Shown here: positions 20,401 through 25,482 of the stretch, in pieces
How positions within the stretch are numbered: position 1 is the stretch's first letter
Layout of the letters: each line of letters begins with the position of its first letter
DNA from: Elusimicrobiota bacterium
GTDB lineage: Bacteria > Elusimicrobiota > Elusimicrobia > UBA1565
Direction of reading: 5' to 3'
NCBI GenBank assembly: GCA_043819795.1
Contig: JBDREN010000038.1
Location: forward strand, 1-25,482
DNA length: 25,482 bases
Made by a program: the position numbers and the translations under genes
The notes under the pieces: generated by a model
Database searches by the model: none
What the model saw: only the letters and a program-made list of their open reading frames with translations
Told to the model about the DNA's origin: nothing

Positions 20401-23400
20401 CTCAGCGAGGACCCCATGTACTGCGCGCCTCCGAAGAGCTCGACCTGGAAGCTCCCGATCGCGTCCAGGACGTCGATCGGGCTGCCGGCGCTGTTGAGGG
20501 TCAAGTCCACCCCGCTCATGACCGCGCGGCCGTCGAGCTCCATGCTGAGGGTATTGGCGTCGAAGTCCAGGGCCAGGTGGATTCGGTGGAAGACCGCGGC
20601 CGCGTTGGGATGGCCCAGTACCGGGGAGGGCAAAGTGACGCTCTTGATCGTATGGACGCTGCCCGTACCCCTCCCATAGAGCCCCAGCACGGTCCGGCGT
20701 TCCCCGTGGTCCGCGCTGCTTCCAACGTCGAGGCGGAGATAGCGGTCGGAGGGGGACTGGAGCGTCCCGTCGCGGCTCGCTCCGGCGTCGCGGATGTAGA
20801 CGGCCGGGATCTGGCCCGTGGAGCTGGCCTTGGTTCCGGGCCTCCAGTCGAGGTTCAGGTGGTAGACCCCCGCCTTCTTATAGGCGGGCTTGGTGAAGAG
20901 GGCCACCCCGCGCCGGCTGTAGTTGCCTCCCTCCGTCTTGAGGCTCAGGCGGCCGTCCGACACCTCGATGGCGCTGCTGCCGGACTTCGCCTGCGACCAC
21001 TTTCCCCAATCCGGCGCGCTGCCGGCGAATCCGTCCGAGAACAGGGTCGGAAGGTCGTCGGTGATCGTGAAGAGCCAGGGGAGGCTTGCGCGCCCGTCAT
21101 CGGTGGCGACCGCCAGGTCCTGCGGGCCGAGCGCGAGCCCGGAGGGGACCGGCGCCACGATCTGAAGGTCGGTCCAGCTCGTGACCGTCATGGGGGAGCC
21201 CCCGAGGCTTGCCCCGCCGCTCCCCTGCGTCTCTCCGAAGCCGCGTCCGCTCACGATGAGCTCGCGGCCCGCCGGAGCGCTCGCGGGACTCACCAGGCGC
21301 ACCTGGGGCGGGCCCTGGAGGAGGACGCCGTCGAAGTACTCCGCCAGGGAGGAGGACATGTACTGGCCTCCGCCGTAGAGCTCCACGTGGAAGTCGGCGA
21401 TGTCGCCCAGGAAGTCGATCGGGGCGCCGCCGCTGTCCTGGGTCAGGTCGACGTCCGTCATGAGCGGCAGGCCGTCGAGCTTGAGGCTGAAGGTCTTGGC
21501 GCCGAAGTCCAGCTCGATGCGGATGTGGTGGAACATCGCCGAGGCGGCGGGTTCGGCCGCCACGGGCGGGGCGAGCGTGACGCTCTTCAGGGTGTGGGGC
21601 CCGCCGGCTCCCCGGCCGTAGAGGGTCAGGACGGTCCTCTGCTCGCCGTGGTCCGCGCCGCTTCCCAGATCGAGGCGGATGTAGCGGTTCGTGGGAGCCC
21701 GCGTGGAGTCGTCCCGGGTGGCGGCCGGGTCCCGGAAGTAGATCCCCGGGATCTGTCCCGTGGTGCTGGCCTTGGTCCCCGGCTTCCATTCCAGGTCCAG
21801 CTGGTAGACGCCCGCCTTCTGGAAGGTCTCCTTGGAGAAGAGCGCCGCCCCGCGCCAGCTGTAGTTGCCGCCCCCGGTCGCGAGCTTCAGCACGCCGTTG
21901 GGGAAATCGATCGCCGCCGAGCCGGTCCGGTCGCTCAGCCACTTCGACGCGTCCAGAGCCCCGGAGTTGAAATCGTCCTCGAGGAGCGGGCCGGAGGGGG
22001 GAGGCGGGGTGAGGATGTCGAAGGCGTAGGCGGCGGCGTTTCCTTCCAGGTCCGACGCGGAGAGCTCGACGCGGTTGGTCCGGGGTCCCGCCGAGGGCGC
22101 CAAGTCCAGGCCCGAGGCTGTCAAATAGAAGGGATCGTTCCGGGAGGCCCCCGGAGAGACCGGTTTCAGGTCTATGTCGGAGGAAGAGATGTCCTGCCAG
22201 GTCTCGCCGCCATCGGCGGTGAAGCGTCCGGATAAGCCGGATTCGGCTTGGTACTCCCGCAGGACCTGCTCGGCGCTCAGGGCCACGTTCAGGATGCGGA
22301 TTTCGTCGATGGCGCCGTTCATCATGCGGCCCGGGGTGCCGATCGGGTAGCGGGCGTCGTAGCCGATGCCCACGAGCCCGTTGCCGTCGCGGATCGGCGT
22401 GTCGCTGTGGCCCCAGGACGAAGATCCCGTGGGGACGCCGTTCCGGTAGGCCGTCGCCTTGTCGCCGTCGTAGGTCCAGGCCAGGTGGTTCCACTGGCCC
22501 GGCGTCACGCCCGCCGTGCACGGAGAGGTGCGCCAGGACCCGCCTATGTTGACGTAGAGCTGCGAACCGCTGCTCCCGGCTCCGCAGGATTGGACGAGCC
22601 ATTCGTTGACCGACATGCTGTCGACGCCGTTGCCCTTGGTCAGCCAGGCGTCCGTCCCGTTGGGCTTGTACCAGAACTCGACGGTGAGCTGGTCGGCGGC
22701 GGCCAGGCTGGGGGAGTCCGCGACCTGCACGACTTGGTCGGCCCCGTTGAAGCTCAAGGCCCGGCCGTGGCGGCCCGCGACCCTGGCCGGGGAGCTCACC
22801 AGGCTGCCGTGGTTGCCGCTCCCGGAGGAGTCCTCGGCCGTGGCGCCGGAGGCTTCCTCGAACTGCCAGAGGGCGACCGTCCCGTCGATCTCGGGGAAGA
22901 CGGCCCCCGCGTTCGGGGGCAGCCCGCTGTAGGAGTCCACCAGCGTGACCCGCGCCGAGATTCCGTCATCGGTCGTCAGTGTGTTCGACGCGTCCAGGAA
23001 GGTCGAGCCGTCTTCCGACACCTCGGGCTGGCTGAACGCGGGCGGTGCGGTGTCCGGCGGGGGCGTCAGGATATTGAGCGCGTAGGTCCCGAGGTTCCCG
23101 TCACGGTCGGACGCCGTGAACTCGATCTGGTTGGTGCTCTGGGCGGCGGAGGGAGCGAGGTCGAGACCCGTCGCCGTCAGGTAGTGGGGGTCCGTCGCGG
23201 AGGCCCCCGCGGAGACCGGCGCCATGGCGAGGTTCGCGTACGGCACGCGGGTCCAGCTTTCGCCCCCGTCCTTGGTGTAGCGGGCGCCATGGCCGAACCC
23301 CCGCCTGTAGTGGGCCGCCACCTCCTCGGCGGAGAGCGCGCGTTCGTGGATGGAGAACTCGTCGATCAGGCCGTTCCACTGGCAGTTGCCCAGGAGCCAC

Positions 23401-25482
23401 AGCTGGGCCCCGATTCGGATCGGCCCGGGGCCGGGGTCGAACGCAGTGGCATCGAACCGGTCGATCATGGAACCGCTGGGCTCGCCGTCTATGTAGGCGG
23501 CCCATACGCCGGTCGCCGCGTCGTAGGTCGCGGCCGTGTGGTGCCATTCGCCCACGCTCGCCGTCCCGGCGGAATCCAACGGTGTCCAGCCCACGCCGGG
23601 CTTGTAGCGCATGAAGTGGACCTTCCCGTTGTCGAGGAGGCTCCAGAGGATCCCGTTGCCGGACTCATAGAGCCTGCGGCCATTGACCTCGCTTGGCGGG
23701 AAGGGATTCGAGCGGAACCACGTCTCCATCGTCACGGAGCCGGGGACATGGGCCGTGTCGGGGAGCGTGACCGAATCGTCCGAGCCGTCGAAGCTTCCCG
23801 CTGCCGCGCCCACCTGGGAATCCGGGCTGAACGTCGCGCCGTCCAATGGGCTGCCGTGGTTGCCCCGGCCGGAGGAGTCCTCCCAATCGTTGTCCATGCG
23901 CCAGAATCCGAGCATGTCGCCCGACGGGACGAGGCCGCCTCCGCTCGGGTCCAGGCCCGCGCCCGCGTCCTGGACCGTGACGCGCGCCGAGATGCCGTCT
24001 TTCGTCGTCAGCGTGTTCGACGCGTCCAGGAACGTCACGCCGTCCTCGGAGACGTCTCCCTGGCTGAAGGCCGGCGGCGTGGTGTCCGGCTCGGGGGTGA
24101 GGATGTCGAAGGCGATCGATCCCGGATTGCCGGCCAGGTCCTGGGCTGCGAACTCGATGCGGTTGGTGCCGGGCGCGGCGGACGGGGCGAGGTCGAGCCC
24201 CGCCGCCGTCATGAAGTGGGGATCGGTGCCGGATGTCCCGCCGGGAGCCGGCTCCAGGCTGAGGTCCTCGGGCGGCACCGAGATCCAGGTTTCGCCTCCG
24301 TCCTTGGAGTAGCGGGCCCGGTAGCCCGCGCCCCGCCGGTAGTGCTCGGAGATCTCCTGAGGGGAGAGCGCGCGGTCGTAGATGGCGAACTCGTCGATCG
24401 TCCCGTTCCACTGGCAGTTCGCCAGAAGCCATGGCTGGGCGCCGATCCGCACCGGCCCCCTGTCGTAGCGCACGGAGGTCGCTTCGAACCCGTCGGTCAT
24501 GGATCCGCTGGGCCGGCCGTCTATGTACGCGGCCCACCGTCCCGTGTCGGCGTCGTAGGTGGCGGCCGTGTGGTGCCATGTGTTCAGGCCGACCGTCCCC
24601 TCGGAGTCCAGCGCGATCCAACCCGCGCCGGGCTTGTAGCGCATGAAGCGGATCCGCCCGCTGTCGAGCAGGCTCCACAGAATCTCCATGTCCGATTCGT
24701 AAAGCCTGCGGCCGTTCACCTCGCTCGGGGGGAAGGGCTTCGACCGGAACCACGCCTCCAGGGTGACCGAGCCCGCGGCGTGGGCCGCCTGGGGAAGCGT
24801 GAGCGAGTCGTCCGAGCCGTCGAAGCGCGCCGCCGCCTCTCCCGCCTTGGCGTCGGAGCTGAACATGGCCCCGCCCGAGGGGACGCCGTGGTTGCCCCGG
24901 CTGGAGGAGTCGAGCCAGTCGTTTTCCATGCGCCAGAGCCCGAGCATGTCTCCGGTCGCCGCGAGTCCATGGACGGTCCGATCGATCCCCGAGCCCGCGT
25001 CCTGCAGCGTGACCCGCGCGGTGACGTCGTCGTCGGTCCCCAGGACATTGGAGGCGTCCACGAACGTCGATCCGTCCTCCGAGACCTCCGGCTGGCTGAA
25101 CGCGGGCGGGGCCGCGTCCGGGTTGCCGACGATGAAGCCCACCACGGCCTCCGCCTCGGGATTCGGCTCGGGCGTGTGGTCGGGCCCGGCCAGCCGGGCG
25201 CGGATGGCATGGGAGCCGTTTCGCAGGCCGTTGATCCGGATGGTGTCGGCGTCGATCCAGGCGGCCAAAGGCGTAGCTCCGGGCTCCTCATCGAGCTCCA
25301 CGACGTTGTCGGAGCCGTTGTAGAACATCAGGCGCTGGGCCCCGTCGTCCAGCTGGAAGTGGATGTGCGCCTCGCCTTTGCCGCCGACGGCCCAGTTGGC
25401 TGTCTCGAAGTCCACCGTCACGTTGGAACTCGTCGCCGTCTGGCCTTCGGTCGGGGAGAGTATCCGGACGGTCGGCTGCGGC
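4905..25482 (-). CDS. Giant multidomain RHS/YD-repeat protein (LamG, lectin-like/IPT arrays, Ig/FN3 stalk, RHS core, C-terminal toxin-like tip), 5'-truncated, at least 6858 aa
   Basis: The 6838-aa ORF in the track continues in frame past the listed GTG at 25421 to the window edge (PQPTVRILSPTEGQTATSSNVTVD), so the true start is outside the window. Recognisable domains run along its whole length. Confidence 0.96.
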   Translation of the reverse strand, partial: PQPTVRILSPTEGQTATSSNVTVDFETANWAVGGKGEAHIHFQLDDGAQRLMFYNGSDNVVELDEEPGATPLAAWIDADTIRINGLRNGSHAIRARLAGPDHTPEPNPEAEAVVGFIVGNPDAAPPAFSQPEVSEDGSTFVDASNVLGTDDDVTARVTLQDAGSGIDRTVHGLAATGDMLGLWRMENDWLDSSSRGNHGVPSGGAMFSSDAKAGEAAARFDGSDDSLTLPQAAHAAGSVTLEAWFRSKPFPPSEVNGRRLYESDMEILWSLLDSGRIRFMRYKPGAGWIALDSEGTVGLNTWHHTAATYDADTGRWAAYIDGRPSGSMTDGFEATSVRYDRGPVRIGAQPWLLANCQWNGTIDEFAIYDRALSPQEISEHYRRGAGYRARYSKDGGETWISVPPEDLSLEPAPGGTSGTDPHFMTAAGLDLAPSAAPGTNRIEFAAQDLAGNPGSIAFDILTPEPDTTPPAFSQGDVSEDGVTFLDASNTLTTKDGISARVTVQDAGAGLDPSGGGLVPSGDMLGFWRMDNDWEDSSGRGNHGSPLDGATFSPDSQVGAAAGSFDGSDDSVTLPDTAHVPGSVTMETWFRSNPFPPSEVNGRRLYESGNGILWSLLDNGKVHFMRYKPGVGWTPLDSAGTASVGEWHHTAATYDAATGVWAAYIDGEPSGSMIDRFDATAFDPGPGPIRIGAQLWLLGNCQWNGLIDEFSIHERALSAEEVAAHYRRGFGHGARYTKDGGESWTRVPYANLAMAPVSAGASATDPHYLTATGLDLAPSAAQSTNQIEFTASDRDGNLGTYALNILTPPPDTAPPAFSQPEVSEDGSTFLDASNTLTTDDGISARVTLVDSYSGLPPNAGAVFPEIDGTVALWQFEEASGATAEDSSGSGNHGSLVSSPARVAGRHGRALSFNGADQVVQVADSPSLAAADQLTVEFWYKPNGTDAWLTKGNGVDSMSVNEWLVQSCGAGSSGSQLYVNIGGSWRTSPCTAGVTPGQWNHLAWTYDGDKATAYRNGVPTGSSSWGHSDTPIRDGNGLVGIGYDARYPIGTPGRMMNGAIDEIRILNVALSAEQVLREYQAESGLSGRFTADGGETWQDISSSDIDLKPVSPGASRNDPFYLTASGLDLAPSAGPRTNRVELSASDLEGNAAAYAFDILTPPPPSGPLLEDDFNSGALDASKWLSDRTGSAAIDFPNGVLKLATGGGNYSWRGAALFSKETFQKAGVYQLDLEWKPGTKASTTGQIPGIYFRDPAATRDDSTRAPTNRYIRLDLGSGADHGEQRTVLTLYGRGAGGPHTLKSVTLAPPVAAEPAASAMFHHIRIELDFGAKTFSLKLDGLPLMTDVDLTQDSGGAPIDFLGDIADFHVELYGGGQYMSSSLAEYFDGVLLQGPPQVRLVSPASAPAGRELIVSGRGFGETQGSGGASLGGSPMTVTSWTDLQIVAPVPSGLALGPQDLAVATDDGRASLPWLFTITDDLPTLFSDGFAGSAPDWGKWSQAKSGSSAIEVSDGRLSLKTEGGNYSRRGVALFTKPAYKKAGVYHLNLDWRPGTKASSTGQIPAVYIRDAGASRDGTLQSPSDRYLRLDVGSSADHGERRTVLGLYGRGTGSVHTIKSVTLPSPVLGHPNAAAVFHRIHLALDFDANTLSMELDGRAVMSGVDLTLNSAGSPIDVLDAIGSFQVELFGGAQYMGSSLRESFDNVSLAGPPQIHSLEPGNGPVGAELTLAGAGFGEVQGSGSVSLESADPAVPRTALTVTRWSDTEIVAAVPAGTSAGARDLVVLTGSGQESFSVRFTVTEPLPLLLIDEFEAASLDGAQWRIASNSGQGRAEVADGVLKLRTDYSSCCPWRGVGAYSVSRFGGQGVYHLSLDWLPGTKSDGNGQIPGIFFRSVDTTRHGAYHSPDERYVRLDLGSNSNTGSTRTELTLRGKGPYGAMEHLIKQEVLTTPILAAPSSNATSHRLHITLDFASKSFSLDLDGQPVMSDVPLMSDSGGNPIDFLDSLGEFQVELYGGSQLYGSGLIETFDNVRLEGPPQLLALSRGSGPSSTELTLMGNGFGAGQGSGYVRLGGNDLLVVGWADDSIVVRIPEGTPLGPQDIALKAELGPELGGFQFTVTETLPLLLIDDFEMGTLHPDKWRSTSNSGNARVEVADGFLKIRTDYSSCCPWRGAAAYSVAQFRREGVYHLNFNWKPGTKSDVNGRIPGVYFRTVAASRDGSQHYPQERYIRLDLGKDNDNGAFRTELSLHGKGPSGTTAHLLERVPMSLLLPTEPSPNATVHQVHIALDFADKTFSLDLDGRPIMAGVDLTRDSGGAGVDFLDSIGKFQVEFFGGAQVYGSGLIEKFDNVTFEGPPQFHALSRGSGPSGTELTLTGSGFGASQGSGYVRLGGNDIPVMSWSDGEVTVRIPEGSPLGTQAVVLKAERGPEVGGFRFTVTETLPLLLSDDFQAGALDTDKWRATSNSGNGRIEVGSGLLRIRTDYSSCCPWRGAAAYSVAQFRKEGVYHVNLNWKPGKKADGNGRVPGIYFRTVAASREGSQHFPLERYIRLDLGKDNDNGAFRTELGLYGRGPAGSAPHLLKKVPIGLLLATDPHPDATVHQIHITLNLADKTFSLDLDGQAMMTDVDLTRDSTGAGVDFLDSIGMLQLELYGGAQYYGSGLIETFDNVTVEGPPQFHALSRGSGAPGTEVTLRGSGFGDNRLGGYVRLGGNDLTVLSWSDDAVRVRVPQGTSFGTAGVVMKADIGPEVGGLRFTVTPVLAVLLTDDFQAVSLDAGKWRTASNSGNGRVEVTGGSLRLRTDYPSCCPWRGVAAYSVAQFDKEGLYHLNLDWKPGTKADGNGRVPGIYLRTLAASREGSQYFSQERFIRLDLGKDSDNGAFRTELGLYGRGPAASAPYLVKKVPIGLLLATDPSPDATVHQIHIALDFANKTLSVDLDGQAMMTDVDLTRASDGTAIDLLGSIGKLQVELYGGAQYYGSGLTESFDNVLLEGPPQLRSVRPNFGPPGTEVEIAGVGFGDTRGTGGVSLGAQVLSVTSWSDTSVTAVLPPGAPAGAGSLSVTSGYDQSSRDWLFTVTGPLLTVLEDDFNGFALDADNWEAIVSGPASAQVAGGVLNLRTDYPSCCPWRSALVYSKSQFGQQGVYHLDLDWKPGTKSDGNGDAPGLFFHSPESNRHGTFRSPDDRHLRLDLGRTNDNGPIRTRLGLYGKGASGSPLHTLKTTDLAVPIATATDPDADFQRMHVALDFENKTFSLELDGRAIMTNVDLTKNNSGGAIDFLDTLGDFKVELFGGAQYYGSALVESFDNPSIMLADISVPVAQITSHAENAFVAGLVTVSGTAADEGGINGTEFFIDGAGQGAAEPPAFSFEWDTLAQDAGGAPLYADGPHEVYLQARDSVGNVGASPTVTVQVDNTPPVTSLGLGPNGTNGWYKSPMPTLTLSAADGPGVGAGEVRFSVDEGPETTTTGASAQPGVPEGTHVLSYFAVDQLGNQEDAKSATFHIDLRAPAAPGNPRTTLVEERRVELAWDASADAEGPDPSGTALYRISRRVYEGGAGFSVIADTPTLAYHDTQGLALGETYEYRLQAVDAAGNASVPADLAVFVPDLTPPELSNVSAALSEDETRIDVSWDSSELTTGQVAVGTEPGLYTSTTPAEVDPQDIEQLSRELLTAVEGLDPHTTYYLRAVSIDAFGNQAASEEFTVITDTHPPTLAITAPEAGAAANTDLIIEYTVSDDLTPEESISVRDDQGHDAPPFTFTDDGERTVILTATDAAGNAATASIAFTIDKSGPARIGDLAVAEQRPADGEADLAWTAPSDALGSVAGYVLKSHSEPLDDENWDEAVSHAAPSPSEPGAEESHTVTDLPAEVAYLAIRSQDELGNLSAVSNSVLYDPAPPEVAITAPEAAAVLSRPYAASVTASDSQGIVRVDFLVDGEVAGTDTSPPYEFSFDIRDYPDGAHTLTARALDGFGNSGETTIPVTISYNPPPAPVIEVPQEGFLTATPGIDVSGTAEPSNSVSVYVNGYLAETAAVPANGSFLIQNVLLGVEGAVTLTARTFDSKGTSQPSAPVNGTLDTGPPGPPAQVTAASQSGGRIQVSWDAPQGETPTSYKLYRSNLETDLAEGEAPPPSALIYQGSGAGHTDTPPHDGLFFYGTISQDAAANVSGLSNIAAGVSDRVSPSASLRLTQSVPPLGPGDHPLEVTFSEFLALPPVLTLTPQGQGPATIQLDPETGTVWVGTLTVTAAMNSGTATFGFSGRDFVGNNGSTLTSGRTVVLDTRGPSGSVTFPAIVPTGNYPLTLRLDEPAADTPALSFTPTGKPAVPVALSAAGPDNQDWTASVAIDETTGDGEAAFTYSAEDALGNLSATLSGGITSFIIDTIAPGPPTFVRAIAQQGGVIQLSWSRPDAGELPATYRVFRDGEQLSPAVAPSPDGSGSFADIPSDGPHDYEVASVDAAGNQTKSAVVPAAADSTPPDAPSDLTAQLDTSLPGATRVRLSFRSYPDSESFNIYRALSPIASIAGLTPVLVGQFATAPDGQGLRALFDIPTSDGVFYYAVTALDTLDNESDPSNSSEGVLYDKAAPVIAFSIQDGAFFKADVSPLFTVTDANLDPASVQGLLDGAAFESGTPVSAEGEHILAVSAQDVEGHSAEEQIRFTLDKTPPEIQISGIAEGSTSNDPVAIEILPSDLHLDATTYTLLENTSGASEPYDSGELIGLDGSYTLGARATDKAGNITLRTFSFSLDLSPRAPTALDVSIEGGVASLTWSAADTDIVGYRVYRDGMRISPSLVPQASYQDNAYTGGAAHLFEVEALDTLGQVGARAGITIPPVSLELAAYGVSSGGQQALTRGFFDTVRMQVTNLGGQGRSFGPLELRTVFSGHEPFSRAVSAAYIQAGQSAVMSGTVASAPDLPASGQLQATLTLPTEPGTSARLSRRFAVAARSPQGTIIELFPEPLVRETQAKVKVKFNNRGSAPLDIKTARMSGGSPVSVPDVIVELLTPQGLVVSQGEILQAGNGAQGAIVGGQQVFFVTVPAGSSVLLDPVSVLVPDTAEDSLLVKAKVAEVAHSLPFNPVAGTRSFESTQSQAAVTAPPYTADASADKDVYERGEAATVTGTARDASGQPRPAAKVKVHAQARGFELHFDAFTDSQGVYSVQFVPPQPGVYSVSASHPEVVTYAAQDTFSVIDFGLQYTHYTVRLAQNSTYRFHADLINDSETPLQGLTSEVHGSTPTLSVTLDPDSLPDTLLAGARTSLSIDAHADPSAPVGTSQIDLVVREQNGFERTMPVIFEVSQALAYGKAAPQSLEIGMLAGETREQSITLQNTGFDDWRNVRLTLPTVDFVELQSQSDLGDISPNGTSVFGLRFAPPAGLPSQTIRQPLLEVRSDNVPTIYINAGITITTSREGSLTFNVINADKPKDPVTGQGVGVPNALVVLNSNDISGLTFRATADLNGVARFEDIPAGDYSWNAQSSGFLPDSGIQRVEPGLTQTVVSLLRTATVTYEWSVTPTTIVDEYVITLNATFKTDVPAPVIEVTPTSFELYQEGGQTSYVQFTITNKGLVSAFDVDLSGFQSDGAIQLEPAFTHIAELKAQESVVVPVKVNLVSASCHNAAIRIIYYYLCAFGVPVSANAPGVGFTAGTSCGSSSPGRVVHRGGGGGGGGGGSGGGGGGVWGHTPPSVPFYCGDTPPDETNKALDDCLCDGIGCADIDWEEMLEEAFIEPFGGNWIYEGPEMLTRPMDPSLMDSLKFIPMFNSKILKEAENLLGSGLGAGWSHNFNSAVFMGDSGAMTYVNPGGGQKLFQPAVGGKVFVPPLGASDAMSVVQTAPDGTPEILELTRPNGQATRFDKSGTKFRPTLITSANGSSTELAYSAGKLIEARGSSGDSLSFEYDTQDRLHRVATSDGRAQTFDYGSNGDMLAITTPEGREDTFGYDTDHRMTSIAKGWGGRSMAVAYDSAGRVSSLADSAGSTLYSVSYDTAASKTVTTDASGNQKTFEYVEKSGRKALASVTGDSAWQPQVVYDDQLNKTAITGPSGSTTRFTYDTRGNVTSATDPKGGLTRYTYEPDRNRLTSITDPKGNKTALVYDSRGSLRKVENALGSIKEIAYDEGGRPVSHWDANRNRTDFTYDPQGQLSSMTDPLGEKVVLIRDTLGRVTEAIDNAGKATKTTYSEFGGVTSVTDARGNVTRFGYDFAAGRPILTEITDPRDKVTRFGHDSRGRRTWTTNPLGQGESLTYDETGALTSATNARGQSVSFEYDQRDRITAQRRPEGDTILEYNAGGKLTRASGPDSTANKTYDSAGLRAGMQETLPGGLSVSLSYSYDANGNRTGLTTPWGTYSYSYNALDRLTSITNPYGQTVLFTYDSRDKRTSIELPNGTATNYSYDAGGRIRQILHRKGTTALAFAEYGYDNAGNRVSLRDTSGTHGFSYDEIHRLTSASHPADTQLPFLNETFAYDAAGNRVADARGSGYLYDDANRNLQDAEFDYSYDASGNLTRKTSRSGGGSTNYSHDSQDRLTRIELPDGTVISYRYDVFGRRSERTVTRGTDTEISRYVYDGADILAILDGDNQLEALFTYIHGGEQPLIMRRGGQDFFYHLDGLHSPVALTNAQGDVVERVFYDAFGRAVFHDEASGNVSAASTVGNPFAFTGRELEADAGIYYYRERYYDPNIGRFIQEDMVFFTNPYAYVFNNPLGWTDSFGLMPGPEEALNGVFDERTTKEFLREASQDVGGAEGLKEVAKKAYAAHGGNMKYDFMKKANYKDLKFTVNGQELTAGQFGNYIAGYACTYAYGNAGYLGAQEAGEIFHVSKLWTNTLSHLPFVGKYFYDPDAVDAKFEIHYANGFFWIDDADSVTYVDEGRRDAFADRYRELFCH
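5424..8400 (-). repeat. RHS module: DUF6531-like N-terminal segment, YD repeats and RHS-associated core
   Basis: Starts with IEPFGGN...FNSK...GLGAGWSHNF. Many YD units follow (TRFTYDTRGNVTSATDPKGG, YSYDANGNRTGLT, YGYDNAGNRVSL). The core reads NPFAFTGRELEADAGIYYYRERYYDPNIGRFIQED...YVFNNP. Confidence 0.93.
8511..8561 (-). repeat. Poly-glycine tract (G10-S-G6) including a short perfect (GGA)n run
   Basis: The plus strand reads gccgcctccgcctccgccgctcccgccgccccctcctcctcctcctcctccc, encoding GGGGGGGGGGSGGGGGG. Confidence 0.9.
8700..15581 (-). other. Stalk of mixed bacterial Ig-like, FN3 and carboxypeptidase-regulatory-like domains
   Basis: Repeated DxTPP / AxDxxGN Ig ends and FN3 motifs (LALGETYEYRLQAVDAAGN, GLDPHTTYYLRAVS). 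Carboxypeptidase-regulatory-like segments: VTGTARDASGQPRPAAKV...TDSQGVY and GVPNALVVL...TADLNGVARFEDIPAGDY. Confidence 0.8.
15582..21986 (-). repeat. Array of 7 ConA-like/lectin-type beta-sandwich domains separated by 6 IPT/TIG domains (period about 954 nt, 318 aa)
   Basis: Units start at about 21986, 21044, 20081, 19127, 18173, 17219 and 16266 with a LxDDFxxxxLDxxKW-type motif and end in FDNVxLEGPPQ-like sequence. IPT parts read GxxGxELTLxGxGFG...VxSWSDxxIxxxVP. The CCPW codons recur at spacings of 954, 954, 954 and 951 nt. Confidence 0.85.
22000..25118 (-). repeat. Three tandem units (about 344-352 aa), each an Ig-like domain with an inserted LamG/pentraxin-like domain
   Basis: DxxPPAFSQxxVSEDG starts at 25118, 24086 and 23054 (1032-nt spacing). 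LamG hallmarks: DSSGRGNHG, FDGSDD, WHHTAATYD, YIDG, GxIDEFxIYDRALS. Each unit also has an Asp-box-like (Y/F)(S/T)xDGGE(T/S)W. Confidence 0.88.

Noticed and set aside
22190..24315. Sialidase or BNR glycosidase suggested by DGGETW Asp-boxes
   Set aside because: There is only one Asp-box per roughly 344-aa unit, inside an Ig-like flank, with no propeller periodicity or catalytic motifs.
15582..25118. Long direct repeats as a CRISPR array, DGR template/variable pair or mobile element
   Set aside because: They are in-frame protein-domain duplications of about 950-1030 nt. There are no short repeat-spacer units and no reverse transcriptase or transposase, and the differences I compared were not adenine-specific.
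25419..25421. Listed GTG start of the 6838-aa ORF
   Set aside because: The frame stays open to the window edge and the GTG falls inside an Ig-like domain with no signal peptide.

Overview
High-GC bacterial DNA, almost entirely coding, carrying three tightly packed minus-strand genes that look like one operon. (1) A giant modular RHS/YD-repeat protein (4905 to beyond 25482, at least 6858 aa, N-terminus outside the window). From N to C it has three Ig-like units each with a nested LamG domain, seven lectin-like beta-sandwiches alternating with six IPT/TIG domains (five carry a vicinal YxSCCPWR motif), and an Ig/FN3 stalk. These are followed by a Cys/poly-Gly hinge, an RHS shell and a lower-GC 172-aa tip resembling Ntox44. 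(2) An exported tandem rhodanese (4071-4880) that sits where an immunity gene would normally be. (3) A large secreted protein missing from the ORF track (ATG at 4081, open to the left edge, at least 1360 aa). It has an uncharacterised N-terminal domain, FN3 repeats, thrombospondin type-3 repeats and cadherin-like/Big_9 repeats. The best candidate for a novel system is a two-chain, possibly disulfide-linked surface adhesin-toxin complex with a dedicated exported sulfurtransferase/thiol protein and no adjacent immunity gene. All domain calls come from reading motifs by eye, no searches were run, and domain boundaries are approximate. I found no RNA genes, mobile elements or CRISPR arrays.
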